Assembly (NCBI GenBank): GCA_965279515.1
Contig: CBDIID010000003.1
Location: forward strand, 672,001-736,000
Direction: 5' to 3'
Length of the DNA: 64,000 nucleotides
Source: Turneriella sp.
GTDB taxonomy: Bacteria; Spirochaetota; Leptospiria; Turneriellales; Turneriellaceae
The notes below the pieces were generated by a model. That model worked only from the letters and a program-made list of their open reading frames with translations, was not told the DNA's origin and did no database searches. The position numbers and the translations under genes are program-made. Below are positions 10,639 to 18,922 of the stretch, one piece after another (position 1 is the stretch's first letter; each line of letters begins with the position of its first letter).

Positions 10639-11736
10639 TTAACTTGCTTTAAATATTCTTCCAGTGAGTAAACGGCTCAAATAGTCCGGTTCTTTCTTGA
10701 AATCCTCTAGGATCTCAGCCAATTCTACAACGTTCACGCGCATTTCGGGCGAGAGTTGAGATTTTATGCCCTGTTTACCTATCACAAAAATACCCTGCGG
10801 TTTCAAGGCAGACTTCTTCGCCGTTTCATCAACTTCTGCAAAGAAATCTGTAATGGTCTTAATGGGACAATCAAACTTAACTTGAGCCAGCAACGGTTGG
10901 CCTGAATGATCGCATCCCACAATATCGTATGCTTTCATGGACTTGCCAACTTTGTAGTAGGTATGATTTAAGATTCCCCGACGCCGCAGAAATTCCTCAG
11001 CTAATACCTCAAGATGCCAAGCCGAGTACATCTCAGGATTATCAAATGCCATCTCTCCTTGGGATAAATATGAGAGTACCGCTTTTTCACCCATTCCCCA
11101 GCGAACTAAAGTACCATATGGAGGGGCGATAAGAAACGGTAACGAGAAATCATTGAATGTCACAACCTGACTTTCGTCCTTCTTAAATTTTAGCGTTTTC
11201 AAGCGTCCAAGGGGGTGTCTTGCAGAATCGTATTTCAAGTATTTGCTCCCGACCTCGATTTCGCCAATCAGCATTTCATCAACGCCGGCATAGGCTGCGA
11301 CCATGATTCCCGAATTATTATCCAATTCATTGAAATAGCGAATCGCCGTCTTTCCTTTACGCGTGTATTTATCCTCATCCCATACTTCCGATATCATTCC
11401 AGTTAGATCCCATTTTGGATCCCAAAAAAAATCGACCGCAATTTCTCGTTGGAGAAAAAGTTGTTGGGGATAATCTCTAGGGACATTTGGAAAGTCCCAC
11501 GTACTGTTATGCCTGATGAAATAAACAGGGAGGTTCGAATCCATGCAGAAATATCGCAAAACTGATGCTAAAGTGTACAGGTCATTTTTATGCGTGCGCC
11601 GCTTTAATTGACTCCGCATCATATCACCTTCGAGACACAGAGCATAACGCTTGCCATCGTGCCCGAAGCGATTACTGCCATCACGAAAATCTTCGAAATT
11701 GCCCTGTAAGCAATGTGTATACAGCGAATTTTTCAA
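10639..11736 (-). CDS. Putative Mrr-like (PD-(D/E)xK, QxK variant) restriction endonuclease with an N-terminal reader-like domain; start uncertain
   Basis: C-terminal LEVLAEEFL...YDIVG...LLAQVK fits the E...D...QxK pattern of Mrr catalytic domains. Confidence 0.6.
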   Translation of the reverse strand: MKNSLYTHCLQGNFEDFRDGSNRFGHDGKRYALCLEGDMMRSQLKRRTHKNDLYTLASVLRYFCMDSNLPVYFIRHNSTWDFPNVPRDYPQQLFLQREIAVDFFWDPKWDLTGMISEVWDEDKYTRKGKTAIRYFNELDNNSGIMVAAYAGVDEMLIGEIEVGSKYLKYDSARHPLGRLKTLKFKKDESQVVTFNDFSLPFLIAPPYGTLVRWGMGEKAVLSYLSQGEMAFDNPEMYSAWHLEVLAEEFLRRRGILNHTYYKVGKSMKAYDIVGCDHSGQPLLAQVKFDCPIKTITDFFAEVDETAKKSALKPQGIFVIGKQGIKSQLSPEMRVNVVELAEILEDFKKEPDYLSRLLTGRIFKAS

Positions 11737-11811
11737 AAATCCGCCGAACGCATATACGCTTCACCTTGAGTCACTGGAGCTCATAGGTGGGAATCTACAA
11801 CCCTTGAATCA

Positions 11812-12248
11812 ACGGCGATTTTTGTAATGGTTAGGCGGGAAAGCTTGGATGTGGTGCTCACGCTTAATATACGGATCCTTCTTTCGGGACCGAAGCGCCA
11901 TGATAATGGCGAGCAAACCAGCGGTTACCATGATCGTAATTATTACCGTCGCATCCATTGGGGACAGAACATAGTCTTGCTTCAGTGGGAACAGCGCGGT
12001 CGGTTTTCAATCCTAGTATGTCCTTGAGGTAGTTGAAAAGCATGGTCGGAAAGCTGGTACGGGATTAAGAGGTCAGAGCCTTGCCGCAGGGTGCCTGTAC
12101 CCAGTGGATAGAATAACCCGGTAGTCAGCCCGGCCGTCGAGAGAGCCTGAGCCCGTGCCATAAGGACTATACCCCGAAGATTAGCAGCCTCGTATGAGGT
12201 AACCGTCCGGAAAACTGCGTCACTAAAATATCGAAGCGCTTATGTCGT
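11812..12248 (+). ncRNA. Candidate large structured ncRNA of unknown family
   Basis: More than ten mutually compatible nested helices found by hand, many containing G-U pairs on the + strand; no credible ORF. Confidence 0.6.
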
Positions 12249-12311
12249 CAATCGACAGGCAAATAGAATTATGAGCTTGCCGTCACATTATTCGGTTTCT
12301 TGCTTGATAAC

Positions 12312-12776
12312 ATGAGATTCTGGAGAATGCAATTACATCCGAATGAGCCTGAATACGCAACCCAATATACCGTTAACTGCTTGGCAAATAAGTATGTTGG
12401 TTTAGATTTTGAGGTTCCTAAGGGGGATCTAACAACGTATCCGCAAGGAAGCTTAGATACATCGCCAAATAATATTGCAGCCTTTGCCAACGAAGTGACT
12501 CAAGAAGATCAATTAATAATATTTCACCACAATCTGCCTTTTGCCCTAATTTCTAATATTGGTGAATACAATTACATCAAGGGCCCTGTAAAAGAAATGA
12601 ATATTTGGTTCAGACACTTTCGCCGGTTTGAAAATATTAGTTATTTTAACGATGTATTCAAACAAGGCAGGGATGAACATTTCAAAATCGTTATGGCAAA
12701 CACTTTCTCCGAAGCGACGCCCGATAGTGAAACGGGAAAATTAATCGCAGAATGGCTTCAAAAGTTGGGATCTTAA
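12312..12776 (+). CDS. Hypothetical 154-aa protein resembling PUA/EVE-like N-terminal domains of McrB/Mrr-type enzymes
   Basis: Pattern FWRMQ...VGLDF...F.NEV..ED.LII....GEYNY...FRHFRR, judged by eye. Confidence 0.5.
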   Translation: MRFWRMQLHPNEPEYATQYTVNCLANKYVGLDFEVPKGDLTTYPQGSLDTSPNNIAAFANEVTQEDQLIIFHHNLPFALISNIGEYNYIKGPVKEMNIWFRHFRRFENISYFNDVFKQGRDEHFKIVMANTFSEATPDSETGKLIAEWLQKLGS

Positions 12777-13152
12777 GTTGGCGCACAGTGGCAGTTTGAA
12801 GTCGATTGATCATCCATTGTGATCTTAGGGTCAAGAAGGGCTTGATCAATCACATCCCTTCCGGCTGACGTCAATCGAATATTGGAGTCAGGAATTCTGC
12901 CGCGGCGCACGAGACACCGAGAAGCGGAGCTTAGCAGTAAACCCCCGTACCCCCGAAGACTTACATCTTTGTATGAGCTTCCTTTCAGGTAGAGGATTGT
13001 AACGAACTTATTACTTTCAGTTACAATCAAGAGGAAGATTAAGAAAGAAAGATCATACACCTGAAAACCGGTGCTCACAAACTGTTTTTTCCTTCGCAGT
13101 AACAATAGTGCCCATAAAGGAACCCACACTGCACGATGATCGTGTATCCTCT

Positions 13153-13246
13153 CAGGAAAGGTGTATAGAGAGGTGCGGATTTTTTTGCGGTTTTTGCATA
13201 ACCGACTCACCTTGGTCAAACAGAAGTCATTGGTGGGAAACTACGG
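13153..13246. repeat. 94-bp direct repeat, copy A
   Basis: Ungapped alignment to 14583-14676 gives 76/94 identity by hand count, and 39/41 in the first 41 nt. Confidence 0.9.
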
Positions 13247-13464
13247 CTTTGGGTCAACGGCGGTTTTTGTAGTGATCCGGAGGAAAAGCCTGAATGTGAT
13301 GCTCGCGCTTTATGTACATGTCCTTCTTTCTTGAGCGTCGCGCGATAAAAATGATCAGGAGACCAACACCTACAACAGCTGCTAGTACAAATGTGATATC
13401 CATTGAAAGCAGTGCGAATCATCGAGTCATGGTGAAGAGTCAAATAGACTCTATCGAAGAAATA

Positions 13465-13491
13465 GCCCGCAGCTAAAAATTGGCTGCGGGC
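13465..13491 (-). terminator. Rho-independent terminator
   Basis: GCCCGCAGC...GCTGCGGGC stem followed by TATTTCTT on the minus strand, just after the stop at 13502. Confidence 0.7.
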
Positions 13492-13501
13492 ATCGGCGCA
13501 A

Positions 13502-14374
13502 TCAGTGGCAGACTTCTCGGTATCTAGCTAGGAGAGCTGCGCTCTTCCTCGCTCCTTCCAATACGCGTCTGAGTAATTCGTCTGAGTGAGCCTTTTTCGA
13601 GGCCCCATCACGGAAGCGGATAAGGCCTTCTAGGATAAAATCATCCATGCAAGCCTCAAACTCGGCTAAACCCGTTTGCCCATACGCTTCACTGTCGTAA
13701 ATGTCAGGAAACTCACCTGCTTTACTACCGGAAACGACCAGGACAGAAGCCGTAAATGGGAATGTTTTTTCTTCGATTTCTAAACCTGTCGCGATTTCGC
13801 TGGTAAACGGAAGTGCCAATATGGCATCAATGGCTCTCGCAGATGGTTTCCCGCTGATATTGACGATTATGAGGCGAGCCGCTGATAATCTCTGAGCCTG
13901 AGGTAGAGAAAGCCTACGAAAGTCGTGCAGCTCAGTTTCATTTACGACTACGGCTAACTTGCTAACTGCCTTGATCAAAGCATCCACGACGATATGTCGC
14001 GAGAGGTCACCACACAGGTGTACTATAGTTGCGGGTTTTTCTGGCGTGAAAATTGCGCCGCCGATAGCACGATAAAAAAGCTCGGCGCCGCGTTGTGCTT
14101 CCTCACAATCTAGATCTTCCTCCATGAAATCATCAATTCGATTGCACCTAAGGATACTTTCGAAATAACTAGGGAGCGGGGAATCGACTTCTGTTTTCGC
14201 AAGTTCATACGATCCGTTCAAGCATGGTTCGAACGACCCGGGTGTAAACTCTCCAGTAGCAAAGCGCAACCTGCCATTTCTGAACGCTATCGCATCCCTC
14301 GCTAAATCTTCTGAGTCAGAAAGACTTTCCATCTCCATCACTCTTTCACTTTGTCCTTGTGTTTCGTTTTTCAT
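13502..14374 (-). CDS. Degenerate P4-primase/D5-family (SF3) helicase-like protein
   Basis: IAFRNGRLRFATGEF resembles D5_N. The Walker A position reads HLCGDLSRH with no GKS/T. ATG at 14374 is preceded by AGGTAGGA. Confidence 0.55.
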   Translation of the reverse strand: MKNETQGQSERVMEMESLSDSEDLARDAIAFRNGRLRFATGEFTPGSFEPCLNGSYELAKTEVDSPLPSYFESILRCNRIDDFMEEDLDCEEAQRGAELFYRAIGGAIFTPEKPATIVHLCGDLSRHIVVDALIKAVSKLAVVVNETELHDFRRLSLPQAQRLSAARLIIVNISGKPSARAIDAILALPFTSEIATGLEIEEKTFPFTASVLVVSGSKAGEFPDIYDSEAYGQTGLAEFEACMDDFILEGLIRFRDGASKKAHSDELLRRVLEGARKSAALLARYREVCH

Positions 14375-14582
14375 AGTTATCCTACCTTTTGCCGCTGTAG
14401 CGGAGTTTATTTCCAAGACGTGAATTTCTTCACGACTCGGTTGAGCTCAGATACCAGCGCATGATGAAAAAAAGTGACCAGCTCCTAAAAAGGATCTTGC
14501 GATCAGAACCGAAGGTCTGGACAGGGAAACCGACCACGCCCGTGAAATAGAAACTATGTATGCCAGGTACGATTCTTGCCTC

Positions 14583-14676
14583 CAGGAAAGGTGTATAGAG
14601 AGGGGCGGATTTTTTTTCGGTTTCGGTATCAATACCTCACCTAGGTCAAACAGGAGGCTTTAGGGGCAATCTACGG
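14583..14676. repeat. 94-bp direct repeat, copy B
   Basis: Matches copy A at an offset of 1430 bp. Confidence 0.9.
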
Positions 14677-14990
14677 GCACGGAGTCTATCTTTGAACCGG
14701 GTAAACTCTCGTTCCAGTAAGAGTACGGCTTCCGGCCTGTATCGCTTTGCATAAGAAAGGCTAATCTGAAATCCTCGTAGTAGCCCAACAGCATGAAGAA
14801 CTTGCTCAGCAGGAGCAAAGAGCCTGATCCGATTGAGCAGCCGGGATGTATCATCTGACCCACGGTCCAAGAAGATTGCCAGACCATCATGCCGTACCGC
14901 TTGAATCTGCTTCCCGTTTGAACTGATGATCCGGAGGTCCTTGGGTAACCGTGCAACGCCAGGAATCGTAAACTTCGATGCCCGTCGCAT
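14646..14990 (-). CDS. Hypothetical protein
   Basis: ATG start 2 nt after the DUF932 stop, consistent with an operon. Confidence 0.6.
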   Translation of the reverse strand: MRRASKFTIPGVARLPKDLRIISSNGKQIQAVRHDGLAIFLDRGSDDTSRLLNRIRLFAPAEQVLHAVGLLRGFQISLSYAKRYRPEAVLLLEREFTRFKDRLRARRLPLKPPV

Positions 14991-14992
14991 TC

Positions 14993-15751
14993 TCAGATCT
15001 TCCGGGCTCCGTATTGCATCGCCAGGTCAAACATGGCTTGGTTGAGGCGAATGTTTCGCTCCGCGTTTGTAACGCGACGCATTTTTTCACCGGTTACGGT
15101 GAAGACTCTGCCATTAATGATCTTCTCCTGCAGGACATTGAACACAGACCAAAGATCATCGCCTTTATCTGCAGTTCGCAAGGGAGTGAGAGCTTTTTGT
15201 AGATTGATTTCGCGTCGTTCTACAATTTCAGGCGTGAACCTGATCTTCATGAGATCGTTGGCGAATGCGAACTTCTCTGCTTCCAAGAGGTTGATCGATC
15301 GAAGGCGTTGGACACAGCCTGATATGCGAGGAACGTTATCAGCGTAGCTTGCTGCAGCTTCTCGAACTGCTTCGTATGTATATCGAATGTGCCTTATGGA
15401 GATAGAAGCAAACATGGCCTCGGAGATAACCAGACCGTTCGAGCAGACCAAGCGAAACAGGCCGGCAGATAATCTGAAAGATGATAAGCCGTCATGGCTG
15501 TTAAGCATCACGATCTCAGGGCATACTTCCTGCAATCCACCTGCCAGATGCTCAGGCTGTCGAAATCGTATGACGTGCTTGGCTGTTTCAGAACCTGATC
15601 TTCCCAAGACCTTCACGGGGTGCCACCCCAAAGAGATTAGGTCCGCTACGATTCTCGTGGTGGGAATAAACGTGTACTTTTCTGAAACTCCCTTGGGCTC
15701 TTTGGCACAGACCGCTGGAACGCCACAGCTCTGCAGATCGACTACTTCCAT
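14993..15751 (-). CDS. DUF932/DUF945-family mobile-element protein
   Basis: SEKYTFIPT, KHVIRFR, NSHDGLSSF, GLFRLVCSNGL and LWSVFNVLQE motifs. Confidence 0.88.
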   Translation of the reverse strand: MEVVDLQSCGVPAVCAKEPKGVSEKYTFIPTTRIVADLISLGWHPVKVLGRSGSETAKHVIRFRQPEHLAGGLQEVCPEIVMLNSHDGLSSFRLSAGLFRLVCSNGLVISEAMFASISIRHIRYTYEAVREAAASYADNVPRISGCVQRLRSINLLEAEKFAFANDLMKIRFTPEIVERREINLQKALTPLRTADKGDDLWSVFNVLQEKIINGRVFTVTGEKMRRVTNAERNIRLNQAMFDLAMQYGARKI

Positions 15752-15764
15752 ACTTCCTCCGTGA

Positions 15765-16472
15765 TCATCCTACGACCTCAGTAATATTTGCCGTCTCACA
15801 CTTGAGGCGTAGGATTCTCAATGCAGCCAACTCATGCTGACGTACTTTGTCCCGCCTCAGGCGTAGTTTACGACTCAGGAATTGAAGAGTTTTGATTTTT
15901 CGGTTACCGAGACCGTACCGGTGCTTGATGATAACTTGATAAAGTTTGGGAAGTTCGTGGACATACTGCCAAAGCCGTTCGATGAGATCCTTTTCCTCGA
16001 ACTGGTTCGCCGGATCATGGAGGCTGTCCTTCGCCATTAGCTTCTCGCCTTCGCTTGAGGAGACCAGCCGCTCCCACGAATCGGTGGAAATGAATGGATT
16101 TGTGTCCTCGACGCGGAGTTGGTTCAATCGATTTTTTGGGAAATGCACGCTGGAATATACCTCGCGTAAGTACCTGCTAATCGCCTCCCGTATGAAGAAG
16201 GATGCGTAGCTCACGAAGGTATAGCCACGATCTGGATTGAAACTCCCTGCCGCCTTCATCAGTCCGACGGTGCCTTCGCCGACAAGTTCCTCGATGCGCG
16301 CATGACTGAAATGAAAACTTGCAAGATGGACAACGAGACGCAGGTTGTGATAAATAAGTTTTTCTCGGGCGTTGGTATCTCCGGCTCTGGCGTCGCTTGC
16401 AAGCCGGAACTGTGTTTCCCGTGACAGAATCGGGATTTGACTGATCTTATTTATGGAGCCTGCGTGTTTCAT
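15765..16472 (-). CDS. Sigma-70 family alternative sigma factor (regions 2 and 4)
   Basis: AREKLIYHNLRLVV, GLMKAAGSFNPDRGYTFVSYA and RYGL...TL...VRQHE motifs. Confidence 0.88.
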   Translation of the reverse strand: MKHAGSINKISQIPILSRETQFRLASDARAGDTNAREKLIYHNLRLVVHLASFHFSHARIEELVGEGTVGLMKAAGSFNPDRGYTFVSYASFFIREAISRYLREVYSSVHFPKNRLNQLRVEDTNPFISTDSWERLVSSSEGEKLMAKDSLHDPANQFEEKDLIERLWQYVHELPKLYQVIIKHRYGLGNRKIKTLQFLSRKLRLRRDKVRQHELAALRILRLKCETANITEVVG

Positions 16473-16535
16473 TCGCCATCTCTATATAACACCAAGCTAG
16501 CGCGACAGTCAGGCCAGTCCTGGCTGTGACTGAAT

Positions 16536-17201
16536 TTATTTGATCTGGATCGTGTACTTTTCAGAGAGTTGAGCGACACGACGGAACGTATGCCCACGGT
16601 CTTGCCGATCTTTCATGTGCCGCTTGAGCACATCTTTGCGCGGCTCGACTTGCAAGCCTCTTAGTTTGGATAGCATGCTGCCAAAAACAAGGAACTCATC
16701 CTCTGAGATTTCGTCGACGGAGTACTTCTTGAATTTCAAGGGTAAACGCTCGATAGCTCCGACCTGTATTGCGTCGGACTTACGCCAGCTAATGTTTGAT
16801 CTGACTCCCTTAACGGCAAGGCCAGGTTCTGAGGTGTCGTTTTGCAAGTACGCTGTCAGGTATCGCTTCAGCCAATCAGCTCTAGCTAGCGTGGCCTTTT
16901 CTCGTTTAGCAAGCCGGTCTTTCTCTTTTCCCAATAGCTCTGCTTCGCCGACGAGGCTCTTGATATAGACGGCTATGTTTGCGGCTTTTTCATCTTTGGC
17001 AAGAGTCAACTCCTTCAAGCGGTCACTGATTTTCTGTTCGAGCTCTTCGTCGACGATCTCGCCGGTTTCGCTGACGGTGAATTCGAGCATGTCGATGATT
17101 GAAGTGATTGCCTCGTCGATTTCATAAAGCCGGAACTTCGAGACATTAGAGGCGGAGACCCTTTCGGTCTCCGCTGATTGTGCTTTTTTGGCTGCGCCCA
17201 C
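16536..17201 (-). CDS. Siphovirus Gp157-family protein
   Basis: LYEID N-terminus, KAANIAVYIKSL...EKDRL...WLKRYL coiled coil and ISWRKS; adjacent to Sak. Confidence 0.8.
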   Translation of the reverse strand: MGAAKKAQSAETERVSASNVSKFRLYEIDEAITSIIDMLEFTVSETGEIVDEELEQKISDRLKELTLAKDEKAANIAVYIKSLVGEAELLGKEKDRLAKREKATLARADWLKRYLTAYLQNDTSEPGLAVKGVRSNISWRKSDAIQVGAIERLPLKFKKYSVDEISEDEFLVFGSMLSKLRGLQVEPRKDVLKRHMKDRQDRGHTFRRVAQLSEKYTIQIK

Positions 17202-17202
17202 G

Positions 17203-18006
17203 TCAGGCCGCCACTTGCTTCTCGATGTCAGGCATCAGCTCGCGCAACAGTTTTTCCACGGCCGCGTAGTCAAAGTTCTTGCGCCTCACCATATCTAAGG
17301 ATTTGGCCTGAGAGAACCTCAGCTGTTGGAAAATCTGCTTCAGCGACATTGGCAACTCTTCATAGGTTGGCACCGAGGTCCTAGCCAAGGGTTGCGACGT
17401 AGTACGTGTAGTTGGCGTAGTCGGTGTAGTTCCGGATGCAACAGCAGTCTGCGCCTGTGTCGCGGCCTGAACTGCTGGTGTAGCTGGGTTGCTTTCGGTT
17501 TTGGACTCCGCTGAGCTTTCGACCTCAAGTTTTGGCGGGTTCCAGCGGAAGTTTATCCATGAGTTGTTGACTTTGTCTTTAGCTGATCCTTTGTACTGAC
17601 CGCGCTCATTGACAAAACCATACACGTTACCGACGTTGTAGAGGTATCTGCCTATCCCCCAGGCAACGGAGGCCCGACGGAACGCATTGGAAATTCCACC
17701 TTTGACCGGTTCGATCTCTGTGAGGGATGCGGCATCACATTTGTCAAGCCACTCGCCGTTGATTCGGATACTCAGGGTGCAGAGGATACCCGAGCCAGGA
17801 CCCTGACGGTATTTAGCCGTCCAATTTTCGGCACCCAAAATGTTGTCTAGACGATCTTGAATCGTTCGCGCATCAAGATACGGTGCTACCATGCACCAGG
17901 GTTCTCCTTTCTGATTAAGTCCCGACATAGTTGACCTCCATTTGACCTCTTCTGCTCGGAAGGGTACGGTGAGCCTTGACATTAGGCCTTGCTCTTTTTC
18001 ATTCAT
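17203..18006 (-). CDS. Rad52/Rad22-family (Sak-like) single-strand annealing protein
   Basis: PF..EEVKWR, YLDAR.IQDRLD..LG.ENW and KGGISNAFRRA...WGIGRYLY motifs. Confidence 0.88.
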   Translation of the reverse strand: MNEKEQGLMSRLTVPFRAEEVKWRSTMSGLNQKGEPWCMVAPYLDARTIQDRLDNILGAENWTAKYRQGPGSGILCTLSIRINGEWLDKCDAASLTEIEPVKGGISNAFRRASVAWGIGRYLYNVGNVYGFVNERGQYKGSAKDKVNNSWINFRWNPPKLEVESSAESKTESNPATPAVQAATQAQTAVASGTTPTTPTTRTTSQPLARTSVPTYEELPMSLKQIFQQLRFSQAKSLDMVRRKNFDYAAVEKLLRELMPDIEKQVAA

Positions 18007-18081
18007 TTAATCTCCTCGCCTCGCTGTAGTCGCGAGTGCTCAGTGAATGGAGTCCTCTGCACGGCAGAGTGTGCGGATAGT

Positions 18082-18846
18082 TTATGTGAAAAGTCGTGCC
18101 TGTTGCACCGAAGGTCTGTCTTGCAAATAAAGGAAGTAGATCGGTATGGACTTCGTAAAGGAAGCAAAGTATGGCCCTAAAACGCGGTTCTTCGTGGCGC
18201 CTGAAACATTGAGGGCGTCGAGGAAGTCAGAAAAATCAAAAAGATTTTCCACCGATGGAAAGAATGATTGGATCACTACTATAGCCGCTTTCGCACGGAG
18301 ATTTCTGGCCTCAAGAATGGCGGACGCTGTACGATGCATTAGCTGATAACGAAGTTCGCTATTCGCATAAACCTGAGTCCCGAGGACTTGATTCAGGAAA
18401 TCAAGCCGCCGTTGCTTGCGTTCGACGATGCCATTAGATATATCAAATAGTTTTTCCTGCTGGGCGCTGACCGATCGGTCAGCCGTGCGAATCCAGCGAA
18501 ATATTCGATCGGAAAAGGACTCTCGGCTTTTAGCCTCTACGGCAACAACGACACGATTGTTATCGCCATTTGAGCAGAAAGCCATAATGTCCGTTCTGCT
18601 CGGGGTGCTTAAGGTATCCAAAAACACTGCGTGTTCGGCCACGACACTTTCGGGTCGCAAACCCCGTAGCACCTCAATTCCAGAGTTACGGAGGACATAA
18701 TTAAGCGGCTCGGGTAAAACTGACTTCACGCCGCGCCATTTCATGGCGCATTCATAGGCAGAATAAGAGGGAACCCAGTTTTTGCGACCTACGGTTTCAA
18801 TCCAGTCATCGATAGTTTTGAGCGGACGTAGTGAATGTATCTCCAT
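18082..18846 (-). CDS. DUF6946-like PD-(D/E)xK nuclease-fold protein
   Basis: SAYECA.KW, SRTDIM...VAVEAK..ESF and LRYQLMHRTASA motifs. Confidence 0.65.
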   Translation of the reverse strand: MEIHSLRPLKTIDDWIETVGRKNWVPSYSAYECAMKWRGVKSVLPEPLNYVLRNSGIEVLRGLRPESVVAEHAVFLDTLSTPSRTDIMAFCSNGDNNRVVVAVEAKSRESFSDRIFRWIRTADRSVSAQQEKLFDISNGIVERKQRRLDFLNQVLGTQVYANSELRYQLMHRTASAILEARNLRAKAAIVVIQSFFPSVENLFDFSDFLDALNVSGATKNRVLGPYFASFTKSIPIYFLYLQDRPSVQQARLFT

Positions 18847-18922
18847 ATGGGATCACATATCTATAGTCCCGGCAGCATCCCAGTTGATGGCCGCCAGTTA
18901 TCTTATGAGCAAAGTGCCCTGT

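Noticed and set aside
11827..12027. 66-aa ORF inside the structured intergenic region
   Set aside because: No ribosome-binding site or recognisable motif; the region is better explained by RNA pairing.
11834..12190. Assignment of the candidate RNA to group I intron, RNase P or cobalamin riboswitch
   Set aside because: Only short look-alike segments (GCGGGAAAG, ATAGTC/GACTA, ACAGAAC, GGGAA) occur, in non-canonical order and without the bulged G-binding site or the full conserved cores.
12773..13219. 148-aa minus-strand ORF with a winged-helix-like tail (LVRRG.I....LTSAGR)
   Set aside because: Most of it runs through the repeat and hairpin sequence; at best a gene remnant.
13216..13443. 75-aa minus-strand ORF ending in repeat copy A
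   Set aside because: No good start and no similarity to the ORF ending in copy B beyond the repeat itself.
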